The notes: generated by a model from the letters alone, not told the origin. Numbered from the stretch's first letter, positions 12,301 to 23,975 are shown. The stretch: DNA of 64,000 bases from Catajapyx aquilonaris (GCA_000934665.2 KZ538421.1:1-64000); one strand, 5' to 3'. Program-made: numbers and translations.

Positions 12301-15300
12301 TAACCAAATCCATGAGTCTTTGCACCAAAAGAAATAGGAGAAGTAAGTCTGGTGGGTATGGTACTCGGGATGATTGGCATAGATCCTGTTGAAGTTCCTT
12401 GTCATCCAGCTGTTCACAAACTGTTAGAAAATATGCAATTATGGTGTAGCAGCCACATTTCCAAGAAATGCAATTGGACTGATGATTCTTTGGCCAGACA
12501 TCTACTCCCCTGCCCCTCCACTTCCTGTGTGCAGTGGTTCGTCATTCAGAAGAATTCTTGACTTTACAAACCCCATAGAATTTCTGGTTTGAAGGAAAAT
12601 GTTCCACTTCTGTGAAGGCAACAGTGAGAAATTCTGAGGCACCTCCAAGAACAAGGATATACCTAACAGACAATAGGGATCACTTCAACACACCATGTGG
12701 ATTTAAGCATAAAACAGCGTATATAGTCATTAAAATTATCACATTTTGCCCAACTATTCACAATAAGACTGACAATGGATTGCCCTGTATTTGTAATCTT
12801 TTTTTATGTGCTTCACAGAAATCCTAAGCTTGTTCCATGAATTCCATCGCATATTACGATATGTGGAGATACGTAACAATGGTCATCATGTTTACTGGAT
12901 GTTTGAGTCCTTGACTATGGAAAAGAAGGAACAAGACATCATGAGCAGGTGAGCCAGTCAGGGGTAAGATATGGTAAGGGATGTGGTGGTGAGGTATGTG
13001 TTGTGGTGTGTTACTATATTAAAATTCAATGACTCTCGCAGCTTGAAAAATGGAGGTTGAAAAATGATACTCTGCTGTTCAAGCAACCCGGAATAGTCCT
13101 GCCTTTGGTTGCAGGAGTTGTATTCATGACTTTTACGTTCTTGTTTCTAGTTCCATTCCCCCATTCAATCCTAGTGTTGTATTTGCTGGCATTTGATGTT
13201 ATTCAACATGGTGCATTCTTCCTGCCATCCAATAATGGCTTTTCCAGGAGTCTGCAAGTGAATTTTAATTTCACTGCAATAGGTCAAGAAACTGTAGTTA
13301 CCTGAGAGGTGATGACGATGCATGCTTTGAAAGATGCTATTTATTTACTTTACCCCATGCATTACAACTTTCTAGTCACTGGAAAATTAGTGTAAGAGCA
13401 GCAACCTTAGACAAAATTGTTCGTATTAGTAAATATTGCAGTTAAATTACATGGCAAATATGTGGCGAGGGTATCAAAGCAAGCGCTCTTGTAGCTTAGT
13501 GGCAGAGCAAGCACTTCATTCAAGTGTTGACCTGGGTTCGATTCCTGGCGGGGGCATGCTATACGATTTACTCCGCCACATTTTGCTGTCTTGCACATTA
13601 AATTATGCAACTGAGCACTTCTCTTGGTGTGGAAGTGTATGGAAATCATGTAGATACGAACAGTTTTGCCATGTTGCTGTGTCGACCAAAATTTTGGTTT
13701 TATACACAATTTCTGAGCCACGGACAGGTTTCCTTGTAAGGGGGAATTTTTCTGCTATCTCATCACCATTTGCATGATAACTTGTGGCTATCATGTTTCT
13801 TATTGCTTCTATGGGTGGGTGGATGTTTTATGATGGGGTGAGATAGATGGTCATGAATTCATATCACGAAAGCAGCAACACATGATTATCATGTAGGATG
13901 ATTTTTTTATCTGGAATAATTAAATATCAAAATTCTCTACATCTCTTTTGGATAGGAGGCATTATTACACCATGCTGTGGAAATTAAGCTCTGGTGATTT
14001 CCCATGTGAATATGCTAGTTATACAGGGTGTTCCAATTGAAATGTCCACAATGGTTATAGATTTTTTTCAGGCATTGAGCTACTTATTTTTAAGCAGTTA
14101 CTTTTGAATAGTTGTGGTTATCAAAAGTATTATCTCCTAATATTGGGGTGAATTGATGAATATAATCTAGCTCCAAATTGCAATGAATTTCTGATTGGGA
14201 CTGGCCCATTGGTACACATGGCATCGAACATCAATGATGTAGATTTTTTTTTTTTATTATTATTATTTTTTATTTATTTTTTTTTTGCAGGCCAGATCTG
14301 CAGAAGATGTTAAAAGGATGGGTCAGTGTAATCCATAGTTAGTGGCTAATACATTTGATAAAAATGTTAAAACACAATTATCATACCTCTAATGATTACA
14401 ATTATTTCGCTACATCTAGGTCTGCATGGCAATTTGCATTACGTTTTTTCTTAGAATATACTACAGTGTGTCACACGTATGCAAGTCCTTTTAGTTTTGG
14501 GAAATTTCGCTTGGCGCTGTAATTTTTTTGTCACTGCTTGTGCCCTGATCCAAGTGCCCAATTATATAGAATCTGCTATATTTGACCCTACCTGGGAATT
14601 TTGTGCATCTGGATTGGACCTCAACAAGCTACAAAAAAATAACAGCTTCAGGTGAAATTTGTGATGACTAAAAGGATCTGGATACCTTATATGTGCAAGT
14701 TTTCTTTCAGGGACAGCTCAAGTTAATATGAACAATGCATGTTTTATACCTGCTGTAGGACAGGCTATAACTGCTAGGAGTGTCTAAGTGCAGCCAAAGT
14801 CTCATTGTTGTCCACGTTGTCACCAGTTGATGCCACCACATTGCTCACCTACGGTGTACACTTGTTTTGGACCAAGGAAGCCATTGTTATCCAGATGAGA
14901 TTGTAGAAGAAACACCTGGAATAGCTGGGGTTCATGATGCAATGAACAAGGATTACAGTCGAATCCCTCTATAACGAAAATCCGCTTATAACGAAAGAAA
15001 ATTTGTGACCGTCAGAGGCCCCATATAAACCCATGTTAAAAATATCCGCTTTTTAACGAAAGGATTAAATTTTTCCCTCCATCAGTCCCACCTCTCCGCT
15101 GAAAAAGGCAGAAGTGGGCAAATTGGGCCATAAATCACCATCTGTGTGTTCGGGATTCAACCTTTTTTCACACATTCAGTCCAAAAGTTGATAATTTGGG
15201 GTCCTAATGGAAGGGAAAGGATTCTCTGGGGGGGAGGGGGGGGGCTGTCACGCAGTGACTCAGAGCTGCCCACTAGATTTATTGCTAGCACGTGCCCCCC

Positions 15301-17978
15301 CCCCCCCCNCCCCCCCCCCCCCCCAAGGGAAGGAGGCAGGTGGTTAAAACCTGGGAATATTCAAGGGAGATAATTATGACCTTTCCTTATCATCTTTCCC
15401 CACCATTTCCTCTTTCCCCCCTTGGGTCTGCTACTTGCTGGAGATTATGGGGGGCATATTATGCCGGCGCCCAGGGTTAGCTGATGGACCGAATTGCTGT
15501 AGCTTATTGTTGTCGACTTTGCGCAGTGCTTTGTGATGTAATCTAATTTAGCGCGGAAGAATTTTTTAACTATTTTTCCCGCTACCAGGGCTTAATATAA
15601 CGCCTAAATATAGAAAAAAGTTAGGTTTAAACGCGGTTTTTTATATAACGAATTTCGCATATAACGAAAGAAAATTTGGTTCCCTTCAATTTCGTTATAG
15701 AGGGATTCGACTGTATTCGAAAAATATTCTGGGTTTTTGGTATTGAGCCTAGCATACCATGTGGCGTTGCATTCCAGGGAGTGCGTTAATAAACCAGGTG
15801 TAAATGAGAAGTTCCTGAATGAATGAGTGAACCTGGCTGGAGCTTCTAAATTTATGCCAGATCATGGCAACATTTTAATTTCTGTTATTAACGTGTATTT
15901 TCTGTGAAAGGAGACGAAAATCCATTCCATTTCTGCATTGGGCAGGTTCTGTTATATTCATCAAAGAGTACATTGCTTGTCCTATGTGTATGGCTATTCC
16001 CAGAAAAAATTCCGCAATGGATAGGTTCCCGCTATGCTCAGGGTCTGTTATGGACAGGTTTCACTATACTTGATGACCTTGCAAGTAGTGTCATGTTGTT
16101 ATACAGTGCTGGACATATTAGCCGTCGCTGAATGTTTTTTTCCGGCGGCGGCGGCGTTACCTGGCAACCCTGTCCGGCGGGCCAATTCAAACATCAGCCC
16201 ATGGAGAGCGCTTCCATTGTTGCCACTGTTTACAAATCGAGTGAGTGAAGGCCCATACACACAGGCCAATCGACGGTTTTGGTTTTTGGTTTTTGGTCGC
16301 GTTGACGCCGCGGACCAATCATGACTCATGTAAACAAGTGCAACCCATTGTTTACAACTTGTTTACATGAGTCATGATTGGTCCGCGGCGTCAACGCGAC
16401 CAAAAACCAGAACCGTCGACGGCCTGTGTGTATGGGCCTTCACGCGGACGACCCAGCGATGGGTCTCTTCTGCCTGCGCACTCACTCACTCGATTTGTAA
16501 ACAGTGGCAACAATGGAAGCGCTCTCCATGGGCTGATGTTTGAACTGGCCCGCCGGACAGGGTTGCCAGGTAACGCCGCCGCCGTCGCTGCCGAAAAAAA
16601 ACATTAAGCGACGGCTAATTTGTCTAGCACTGTAAAGGGAGGTAAATTTTGTGGTTTCCTCCTTTCTTGAATATTATTAGGTGTTTTATTTGAACTGCTA
16701 AATAATTATTGCCTCCAAATTCCTTAAGTAAAGGGGCCAAAACTTACCCCTGGTACAAGTGAAGTACAAGTGTGAACACATCCTCATTAATGTTAATAAG
16801 ACAGGAGTCAGGTACGTTCCAACTTCATCTCTGTTGGCAAGGCTGAAGTATTTATTTGTCAATGACATGAAACCTATCATGTGTAAAGGAGGTAAAACAT
16901 GCATCAGTATACAGGCATGCTGGTAGAGATGTGCATTTTGTAAAATCTGGTCACCACTATTTACCAGCATGCTGCTATTTGTGGGGTAATATGGATATGG
17001 TAAGCAATAATTAGGTTGCTTACCTGCAAGATATTGCATGCATTTTTATTATTTGATTGAAGATACATTGAAGCTCGTAGCGAGAGCAAAAGGGAAGGGA
17101 AGAAGGGAGAGCACAGCAGTGCTTGTTGTAGTAGTGCACCACTGGACATCATGCTCTTGCTTTGCAACAATCTGGGATTAAATTCAGGAGGAAGGCTAGG
17201 AGGGTGATGCTTTCCTCTGTACACAACAGCATACAAATCGGCTGTCCTAAGGAGAAGTGCTGTACTATGGGCGCCAAAAGAATTGACCGGAGTTGATGGG
17301 TATATAGCGCCATATATAGCCTACCCATCAACACCGGGCAATTCTTTTGCCGCCCATAGTACCTACAATAGTTGTACTGTAAGAACGAAGGTCGTGTGGG
17401 CACTTCTTTTGTCCTTGCTGGTTTTGTAGATACGGCATTTCTCCTGGGATGGAAGAAGTGCTAGTGTACGTGAGGAAGTGAAGTAATGTCTTTTTGCATT
17501 TAGGTTCCTGGAAAGTGAGCCTGTCAATCTGGATGCACAGTTGATTCCCAATACCTACTTTGGACGCTCATTTTGGGGCAACATCCCTGGCATCCAGGCA
17601 ACTCTGGACACAGAAAAGTTGGCACAACGACTGTCACTTCAGGAGTTTCTAGTTGGAGGTCCCACTTCCGGGGCGAATGCTGAAGACAACCTCATGACGC
17701 TCTCTACACCAGGACCATCAACTTCGACTCATGGCAATCCCGAAGGGTTCTCCTCGCATGCTACTTCAACATTCAAGTCCAGCGCCCTTTATCCTATGCA
17801 GTGGTTCAGTGAGATGGTGGATGCCTATGGCATGAATAGCCAGTTTGAACACATGGATGGGCTGTCTGTGGGAGTTGTCAGGAAACTTCTTCGAAGAGCC
17901 TCCAGCGCATTGATCATGGCGAATGTCATGCGTACTCTTACACAGTTCTTTCCATGTGTGAAGGAGGAGAAAGAGTAG
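1619..17978 (+). CDS. Dnmt3: DNMT3-like protein: repeat-rich N-terminus, ADD domain and degenerate C5-methyltransferase domain; 8 visible coding exons; 5' end unresolved
   Basis: join(1619..6325,7706..7884,9174..9238,9300..9453,9516..9618,11412..11636,12819..12948,17504..17978). All introns are GT-AG with matching phases, giving one open frame. The translation matches DNMT3 ADD (IEDVCIAC..HPFFTGGICDKC..CIIC..WRCYMC..RRRGW) and MTase motifs (LRVLSVFDGIGTG, IDVVIG, YWMFE, SRFLESEPV, FWGNIPG). Confidence 0.92.
3601..5500 (+). repeat. Coding minisatellite: 60-bp units (SHDKMIAPEVQDSVKKAKKT) followed by alternating 60-66-bp units with core NVSEV(Q/P)DSG
   Basis: Consecutive 60-nt lines 3661..4020 are near-identical. 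The core tttctgaggttc(a/c)agattctg recurs throughout. Confidence 0.92.
6429..7595. mobile_element. piggyBac-type foldback MITE with a nested insertion at 7186..7499
   Basis: TTAA-CCCC...GGGG-TTAA with long inverted arms. The nested element has TIR AGTGTTGTCCGATTGA and a TAT duplication. Confidence 0.82.
7706..7884 (+). CDS. Dnmt3: DNMT3-like exon: ADD GATA-like finger
   Basis: tgcag| GATDLLRSYRVDIEDVCIACRTLASLPYDYHPFFTGGICDKCKKKLVKTLYVCGEDGTS |gtaagt. Confidence 0.92.
7926..8638. mobile_element. 5'-truncated copy of the 18547..19477 piggyBac-type MITE
   Basis: Colinear similarity (aaatcgcga.ttttggactacaaaatc ... cttattagggttaa). Confidence 0.75.
9174..9238 (+). CDS. Dnmt3: DNMT3-like exon: ADD PHD finger, part 1
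   Basis: tttacag| RHCIICSEAKQVITCSKRTCN |gttagt. Confidence 0.9.
9300..9453 (+). CDS. Dnmt3: DNMT3-like exon: ADD PHD finger, part 2
   Basis: cctag| TFCKKCLEALAGPEEVERILESNIGLWRCYMCRDNYEPLGFLARRRGWQRF |gtaagg. Confidence 0.9.
9516..9618 (+). CDS. Dnmt3: DNMT3-like exon: linker and MTase motif I
   Basis: tttcag| VVKLYQPYYYISYHNITYKMRELRVLSVFDGIGT |gtaaag. Confidence 0.9.
10823..11325. mobile_element. Kolobok-type MITE family A
   Basis: TTAA TSD; TIR AGGGACACTCCACTCAAAATACAAGTTG at both ends; internal inverted repeat. Confidence 0.85.
11412..11636 (+). CDS. Dnmt3: DNMT3-like exon: MTase motifs II-IV, catalytic PC replaced by PY
   Basis: ctcag| GLYVLDKLGMKVERYVAAENDFDAKQVATKKYGGRIKHLKSVESLSSADLDNLGQIDVVIGNMPYTAAETPHVTA |gtaagt. 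Confidence 0.92.
11735..12243. mobile_element. Foldback MITE with long TIRs
   Basis: ctaccaaactaactcttt..ggattttctaattctgcttggcctatagtg is mirrored at 12150..12243. Confidence 0.7.
12819..12948 (+). CDS. Dnmt3: DNMT3-like exon: MTase motifs V-VI (FENV -> FESL)
   Basis: cacag| EILSLFHEFHRILRYVEIRNNGHHVYWMFESLTMEKKEQDIMS |gtgagc. Confidence 0.9.
13485..13556 (+). pseudogene. tRNA-like sequence
   Basis: A box tagcttagtgg, B box ggttcgattcc, G-U-rich acceptor stem gctcttg/cgggggc, non-canonical anticodon loop. Confidence 0.5.
14956..15713. mobile_element. Tc1/mariner (pogo/Tigger-like) MITE
   Basis: TA-CAGTCGAATCCCTCTATAACGAA...TTCGTTATAGAGGGATTCGACTG-TA. Confidence 0.85.
16104..16632. mobile_element. 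Foldback MITE (TA TSD) containing an inner palindromic element at about 16250..16438
   Basis: TA-CAGTGCTGGACATATTAGCCGTCGCT...AGCGACGGCTAATTTGTCTAGCACTG-TA with near-perfect arms. Confidence 0.85.
17504..17978 (+). CDS. Dnmt3: DNMT3-like last coding exon: degenerate motifs VIII-X
   Basis: tttag| RFLESEPVNLDAQLIPNTYFGRSFWGNIPG...LSLQEFL...WFSEMVDAYGM...RKLLRRASSALIMANVMRTLTQFFPCVKEEKE*. Confidence 0.9.
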
Positions 17979-18546
17979 TAAGTGCACAAATTGTTGCTGT
18001 TTTTATTTTTATTCACATCAGTTTGCAATTGAGTATTTGATACTGTTTGCCATACATCCATGACGAATTAACTGTTGAAAGGAATAGGAACAGCAAAGGA
18101 ATTTTTAAAAGCATAAGTTATATCTGTTAGGCCCAAACCCTGAAAATGGCCATAGAGCAAAAAAAGCGACCATTTCATGGAATGCTCTTCTCAAAATGGC
18201 CAGATAGCAAAGTGGTCGTTTTTAAAACAGCCAAAGCAGTTTGCGGAGAGAGAGAGAGACGAAAATTCCACTCATTGTCTGCAGGCCTCTCGATAAAGCC
18301 TAATACTACAGTATTATTTATATAAACGCATCGTTCCAGTAATTTATGATTTTTATTACTTCTTATGGTACATCATATGGGAGTCCCTGTAGTATTTTAT
18401 TTCCACTTTTCTTTGGTGTGAACAACATGAAGGGTTGTGACTGAGGTTAATTCAAGTCAAAAGTAAATGCATAGGTGCCCCAAGATCAAAAGTAGTGCAT
18501 CAACATTTTTCTAGAACAAAATCTGATTGCTGCTTGCCTGTTTTAA

Positions 18547-19477
18547 CCCTAATAAGATGGGTGTATCATATGCTGACACGGTGGCTTTAAAAAATTCTGC
18601 TGGCGAAACTAGAGCGTTTTCCCATTATGTAATGGGGTTTCTGTGTGGCTTATTTTATTTTCTCTCACGTAAAAAATCGCGAATTTTGGACTACAAAATC
18701 TTGCATAAATAAACCAGATTAACCGAATTAACTTGAATGACATCATCTTTTTGCGGCTGATGAAAATAAAACTCCCCCCTCCCAAAAAATTATCATGTTG
18801 GCCAGCAAATTTTTGCATACAGAGTTGCCCCCAAACCTCCTTAAGAGATTCCACCCTAAAATTAGTGCAAATGATAATTCAATAGTTTTAACATAAATAA
18901 TGTTCGTAAATGCCAATTAGCGGCTGGCGGGCCATTGTGCAACTCCCGCCCGGCTTCCGTGAGGATGGAGGGGCGCATGCCCTGCGGGGCGTTTGAACAG
19001 CTGTGGAGCAAGGGAGGTTTACACTCGAGTGGGGGTTGTACGTTTGTCTCTGTTGCTGGCTTGCCTGTCCGGTGACGTATTATTTATGCATACGTGTCTG
19101 TTCAGTAGCGCCAGCGCGACACATCCATATCATCGGTGATCGTGCAAAACCTCATATATTCCATTGGTTTTTGCAAGAGATACGAGGTTTTGCATGATCA
19201 CCGACGATATACTTCTTGTCAGCGCAGGAGTGACAATAAATTGGAGAGAAAAATATGTAGGCGCGAAACGCACCCTTGCAGCATCTGTTGAGACTTTTAA
19301 GAATTTAAATCCGCATGGTATGGCAAGAGGGTCCCATAAATGGCCTCGGGATCAAGCTTAGACACGACACGATGTAACTCACTAGATTAGTCACGTGTGG
19401 TCCCTCAAATGAGAACGCAAGTGATTTTTTTGCAGATTCTTGCAAAAACGCAAAAAAAACCACCTGTCTTATTAGGG
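18547..19477. mobile_element. piggyBac-type MITE
   Basis: TTAA-CCCTAATAAG...CTTATTAGGG-TTAA. Confidence 0.8.
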
Positions 19478-19887
19478 TTAAAGCAAACCATTTTGCATTC
19501 AGTCAGTGCTACACTCATTGAAAGGTGATGGTGAAATGGTTGGTGTTAAATTAGTCGGAGTTTTTCAAGAATACTCAGAACTTAGTCAATGTGGCTTGAG
19601 ATAATGATGAACAGGACGTGATGGCCATAATTGTGTCATTATTATTGGAAGTGAATTAATTACAAGTGATAGTCCCGGAACATGCAACAAGCTTTAGAAA
19701 ATCTTTTTCAAAATGCATGGAAATATGAGCAGTAATTGGCAAGAAAGCAGGTAGATGTATTACTGATAGGTACTAAATCATTGAATATGAATGGATACAA
19801 AATAATGTAGGAAAAAGGACATGCAACAATAATACTAATTACTATATAGTAAATATTACTGTCTTAATTTTTCTTCATTATTTCTAG

Positions 19888-19921
19888 ATACCATCAGTTG
19901 GAGGAGCAACTGGACAAATAT
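19888..19921 (+). other. Candidate 34-nt 3' exon of the DNMT3-like gene
   Basis: Strong acceptor tttttcttcattatttctag and donor GTGAGT. The upstream donor GTAAGT at 17978 overlaps the stop, so splicing gives TA|A. Confidence 0.45.
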
Positions 19922-21014
19922 GTGAGTACCATTTGAACCTCAATGGCTGTTGACACTAGAATGCATCAAAAGTCCACCTTTGTTGCAAACAATCAATCCG
20001 TAACACTCCAGTGGGTGATGTGCTCTGGGGCTTGATACACTAAATTCAACTCGGATCAGGTGGTAACATTTTGGCTGACACCAAGGCTACGTGACTTTCA
20101 CACCACATTGCTAGTCGTTGTGGTCCAGTTTAAGGGTGGCTTTTTGGCTGGTAGGGTTTTTGGTAACTGTCCAAGGTTAATTACACTGTACGACAAGGTT
20201 TTTTTTTCTCGGGTTATGATATGCGTTTTCAATAAGTGTTTTCGCTGCTGATTCCAAATGTGTAATTAGAATTGTGCTGTCAGGCACAGTTATTGAGATA
20301 TACTGCATTTACTAATAGACTATCTATTAGTAAATGCAGTATATCTCAAAAACTGTGCCTGACAGCACAATTATAAGTACACATTTGGAATCATGGTGAA
20401 AGGTACTACAGGAATCACTATTCACAACTTCAGAAAGAGCAAAAAGGTTTTTTTTTTTAAGTAGAAGAGTGAAATTAACGGTATATCTGCAAAACATATC
20501 TATTATTTTCTCGCGAACCATGCTTGACCCAGGCCTCAAACATACTGAACCTTATGTCGGTCACAACTAGTGTCACCAAAAAATATGACTTATGTACCCC
20601 AAATACATCACTAATTGTTTAGGTCACAATTCTTGGGCATGTGACTGAGCAAGTGACCAATGAAATGCTATAAAAAGTTATTTTTTCATTTTAGAGAAAC
20701 ACTAATTCCACAGGAGCATTCTCCTGGTGTTTCCCTTTCTTTTGATATATATGTTCATTGGGTTTTGACCACTTCCACTAACCGAAAAAAATTCTCCAAA
20801 AGGGCCTCATTTTCACCCATTTCCGTATATATTTGCGATTTTTTTCCTCCTCATGGTATTGGCCAATATGACCGAAACTTTATAAGCAGCATTAAGGAGT
20901 AGTTGAGTACATCTGCGATTATTTTCACCAAGATCCGAGACTATCTAGCAACATTTAGGCCCACTTGATTCGGTAAGACCCCTAGTAAACAGTTCCAAAC
21001 TTGAAAACGATACA

Positions 21015-21593
21015 CAGTAAAGCTTCTATCAGTCGAACTTCCCAGTCGAAGTTCTCTATAAGTCGAAGAAAATGATGAGCTTGGTCGGTCGCAATGTAAA
21101 ATAATGGGAAATAAACTTCCCCTAACTCGAATTTCTATAACTCGAAGTGCAGGCAGGGCCTTACGATGGGATATCAATGCATTGTAGTCTTCCTAAGTCG
21201 AAGTTCATGTTGCGAGCACAGAAAATTTTATAATTTCCCAGCCGAAGAGTCGAGAGTAGGCCACATGTACGGAACAGCTCAATTTCTTGATCTCCATCTA
21301 CCAGACATACCGAAGGAAGTGTTTGACTCGATTGTGACAATTGAATCCTTGAATCTAAGAGTAGGCAAATGTCCATAACGGAGTTTTTTTTTTTACAACA
21401 AAACAATGAGGAACATTGTAAGTGTGATAGTGAGTTACTTTTAAGTTTTGAACACCTTTCGTCGCTGGATATAAAGGTAGGCTTCCTTATAGAGTTCTGT
21501 GCCTTAAAAAATCCAAATGCTCTAACTCGATTCTTCTGTAACTCGAAGTTTTTTTCCGGTCCCATGGAGATTCGACTTATAGAAGTTTTAGTG
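21015..21593. mobile_element. Degenerate pogo/Tigger-like MITE
   Basis: cagtaaagcttctatcagtcgaa / ttcgacttatagaagttttagtg, with repeated ataactcga motifs. Confidence 0.6.
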
Positions 21594-21740
21594 TATCCCA
21601 AAAATTGTGCCTGACAGAAACCTTCTGAGCAGATTATCGGATTCAGTGCAGAAATTACAATAGGAATCACTATTCAGATCTTCAGAATATAGGAAAAAGT
21701 GACAATTTGTAGAACTGTGTTATTAGTAAGGAAGGCATTT

Positions 21741-22644
21741 TTAGGTTCTAAAAACCCTCAAATAGGTAGGCATTTAGGCCCTGAAAACAGTCAAAATAGG
21801 CTCTTAATAGGCAGTAAAAATCAAGTTGGTCCTAATTTATTTTCATATTTATTTTTATTATTTATGTTATTTATTTTATTTATTATTATTTAATTTATTT
21901 TTTATTTTATTTTTTTATTTAACTTTTTTATTTTTACATCCTACACTTGCCCATGGAATTTTGCAGCACAGTAACAAACTCGCAGTTATTCAGCGATGCC
22001 TGTCTGACAGTACATTTCTACCTGCTGAAAATGACCTTTTGACGCCACACAAAGCAAATGGATCATACTTGAAAAGTGAAATGAGGGGTGTGGTGGAAAA
22101 ACATGATAACTGACATTTTTGTCATTTTTTACTAAACACCTAGCAACTATGCATAAGACATGACAAACAGTTTGGTATACTCCAAGTTCATGTATCATGC
22201 ATGAGACGGCCACACGGACTAGTTCAAAACCAGCATTCCCTATGATTTGTTAAGAAAATGCAAACTTCAATTCGCTCTCCTGAAAAATTACACCTTTGTC
22301 AGTTATCATGTTTTTCCACCACACCCCTCAAATGTCTCCTACAGTCAGTTCATCTGACATGCATACAGCTTCTTCGCTCGTCACGGGTTGAAGTGAGAGG
22401 GATTCCTTGAACGGAAAACCTGCGGAACTCTCGAAAATCTTACAAAACGGTGTCAAAAGGTCGAAACAGGTGCAAAATAGGGACTAATAGGCCATTTAGG
22501 TCCCAACGTCTGATATAGGCAATTTTAGGTTCTATAAAACTACTATTTTTGAGGTTTTTGTCTTATGAAACGGATAGATATTTTGTGTCTGGTGTTCTGC
22601 CTACAAAATAGACAGTTGGTAAAAACCTAGAAATCCGTTCTCTT
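21741..22644. mobile_element. Second copy of the hAT-type MITE (left TIR missing)
   Basis: Colinear with 47072..47726 at both ends. Confidence 0.75.
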
Positions 22645-23975
22645 ATTATTATTAGAATTCTGCATTTACTACTCTTTGGGCTTTGTTCTGAGAAAATGGA
22701 TTGAAGCTGTAAGTAGTGACGTGGATATTTTTTCTTTGCAGTCGGAATGAAGATTTTGGGAAGTTTCACGGAGAAGAATCAGAGGAATCTTAAGTGTATG
22801 TAACTATCCGTTCCCTTGTGATTATATGTGGATGATTTATGTATACTATATGAGAACTGAGAAATATTGAATCATAATGCAATGTTTTGTGGTACATTGT
22901 ACTGACACAAGCAGAAGGAAGGTGCATGGTAAGACAGTAACATCGCAACACCTCTGGTGAAATGTTCGTACCCACAAAAACTGTAACATAGGCTGACTGA
23001 GGAATGTGGTCAGCATTGGCATGAACCTTTCAATTGACAGGATGCCAATATACTTTTTAATAACATGCACATTTCATATGTTTGTGACAGTACAAAACGA
23101 ATCACATTTACCCTGGAAATTTAAAGTTAACCTGTGCCAAATATTAATTGGGCATTGTTATTATTTACAAGAAAGATTTAAAATGTGCCGAGTAATATAT
23201 TTTCCATAAAGCATTGCATTGGTGTTACAAACTGTTTTTATTTTATATGCAGATGTGAATTAAGGGGGTGCTGAAGTGAAAAACTTTGCAAGCAACTATG
23301 TTGCAAAGCTGCAAGTATACCATTATATGGGATGGCAGTCTTGGGGAAATGACCTGAAAAAGTTACTTCAAAAAGTATATGTTATATGTTACGTATGTTA
23401 ATATATGATATAAGATATAACAAAAAAGTTTTACTCGGATATGTCTCAATGGGATGGAATGAAACTGTTGTATTTATGTAACAGTGGCACACTGTGTATT
23501 AATGTGCATGTGGAGTCTTGAGAGATGGAGGTAGACCGAGGTAACCGGTTGATCCATGTGTGTTGATGGATAATACCTGTATTGCTCCAATTGATAGGTC
23601 CAGCGCATTTCAGGAGTCTCATGTTGTTGCTATTTTTCCAGCTCATGTACAAAATTAATGAACAATCTTGAGTGGCCACTACTCGAGCCAAGAGTGACTG
23701 ATAGGAGCGACTGCTAGGCACGTCCGGCTGGCGTGAAGTTTGGGGGGCCATGCCATGTTACCATCTATTGTAATTACAGCCCAGTGATTTAAAAAAAGTT
23801 CTTAAGTGAATACGTACTAAATCTATTTTGCTAGTTAACATGTTCTTTATAAAAAGACCTACAAATTTGAATTGTGTTTCTTAACATTCTGTGTCATTAA
23901 TATTTATATTCCTTAATATGATAGTGTAGAAACTTGATGTGCATGCATTTAACACTCTTGGAATGGCCTACTATA

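Noticed and set aside
1619..17978. ATRX or DNMT1/DNMT2 as the identity of the + strand gene
   Set aside because: ADD is followed by a DNMT3-type MTase fold (FDGI, FWGNIPG). No SNF2 helicase, CXXC or BAH domains are seen.
21161..21670. 169-aa ORF
   Set aside because: Mostly inside a non-autonomous MITE, non-ATG start, no transposase motifs.
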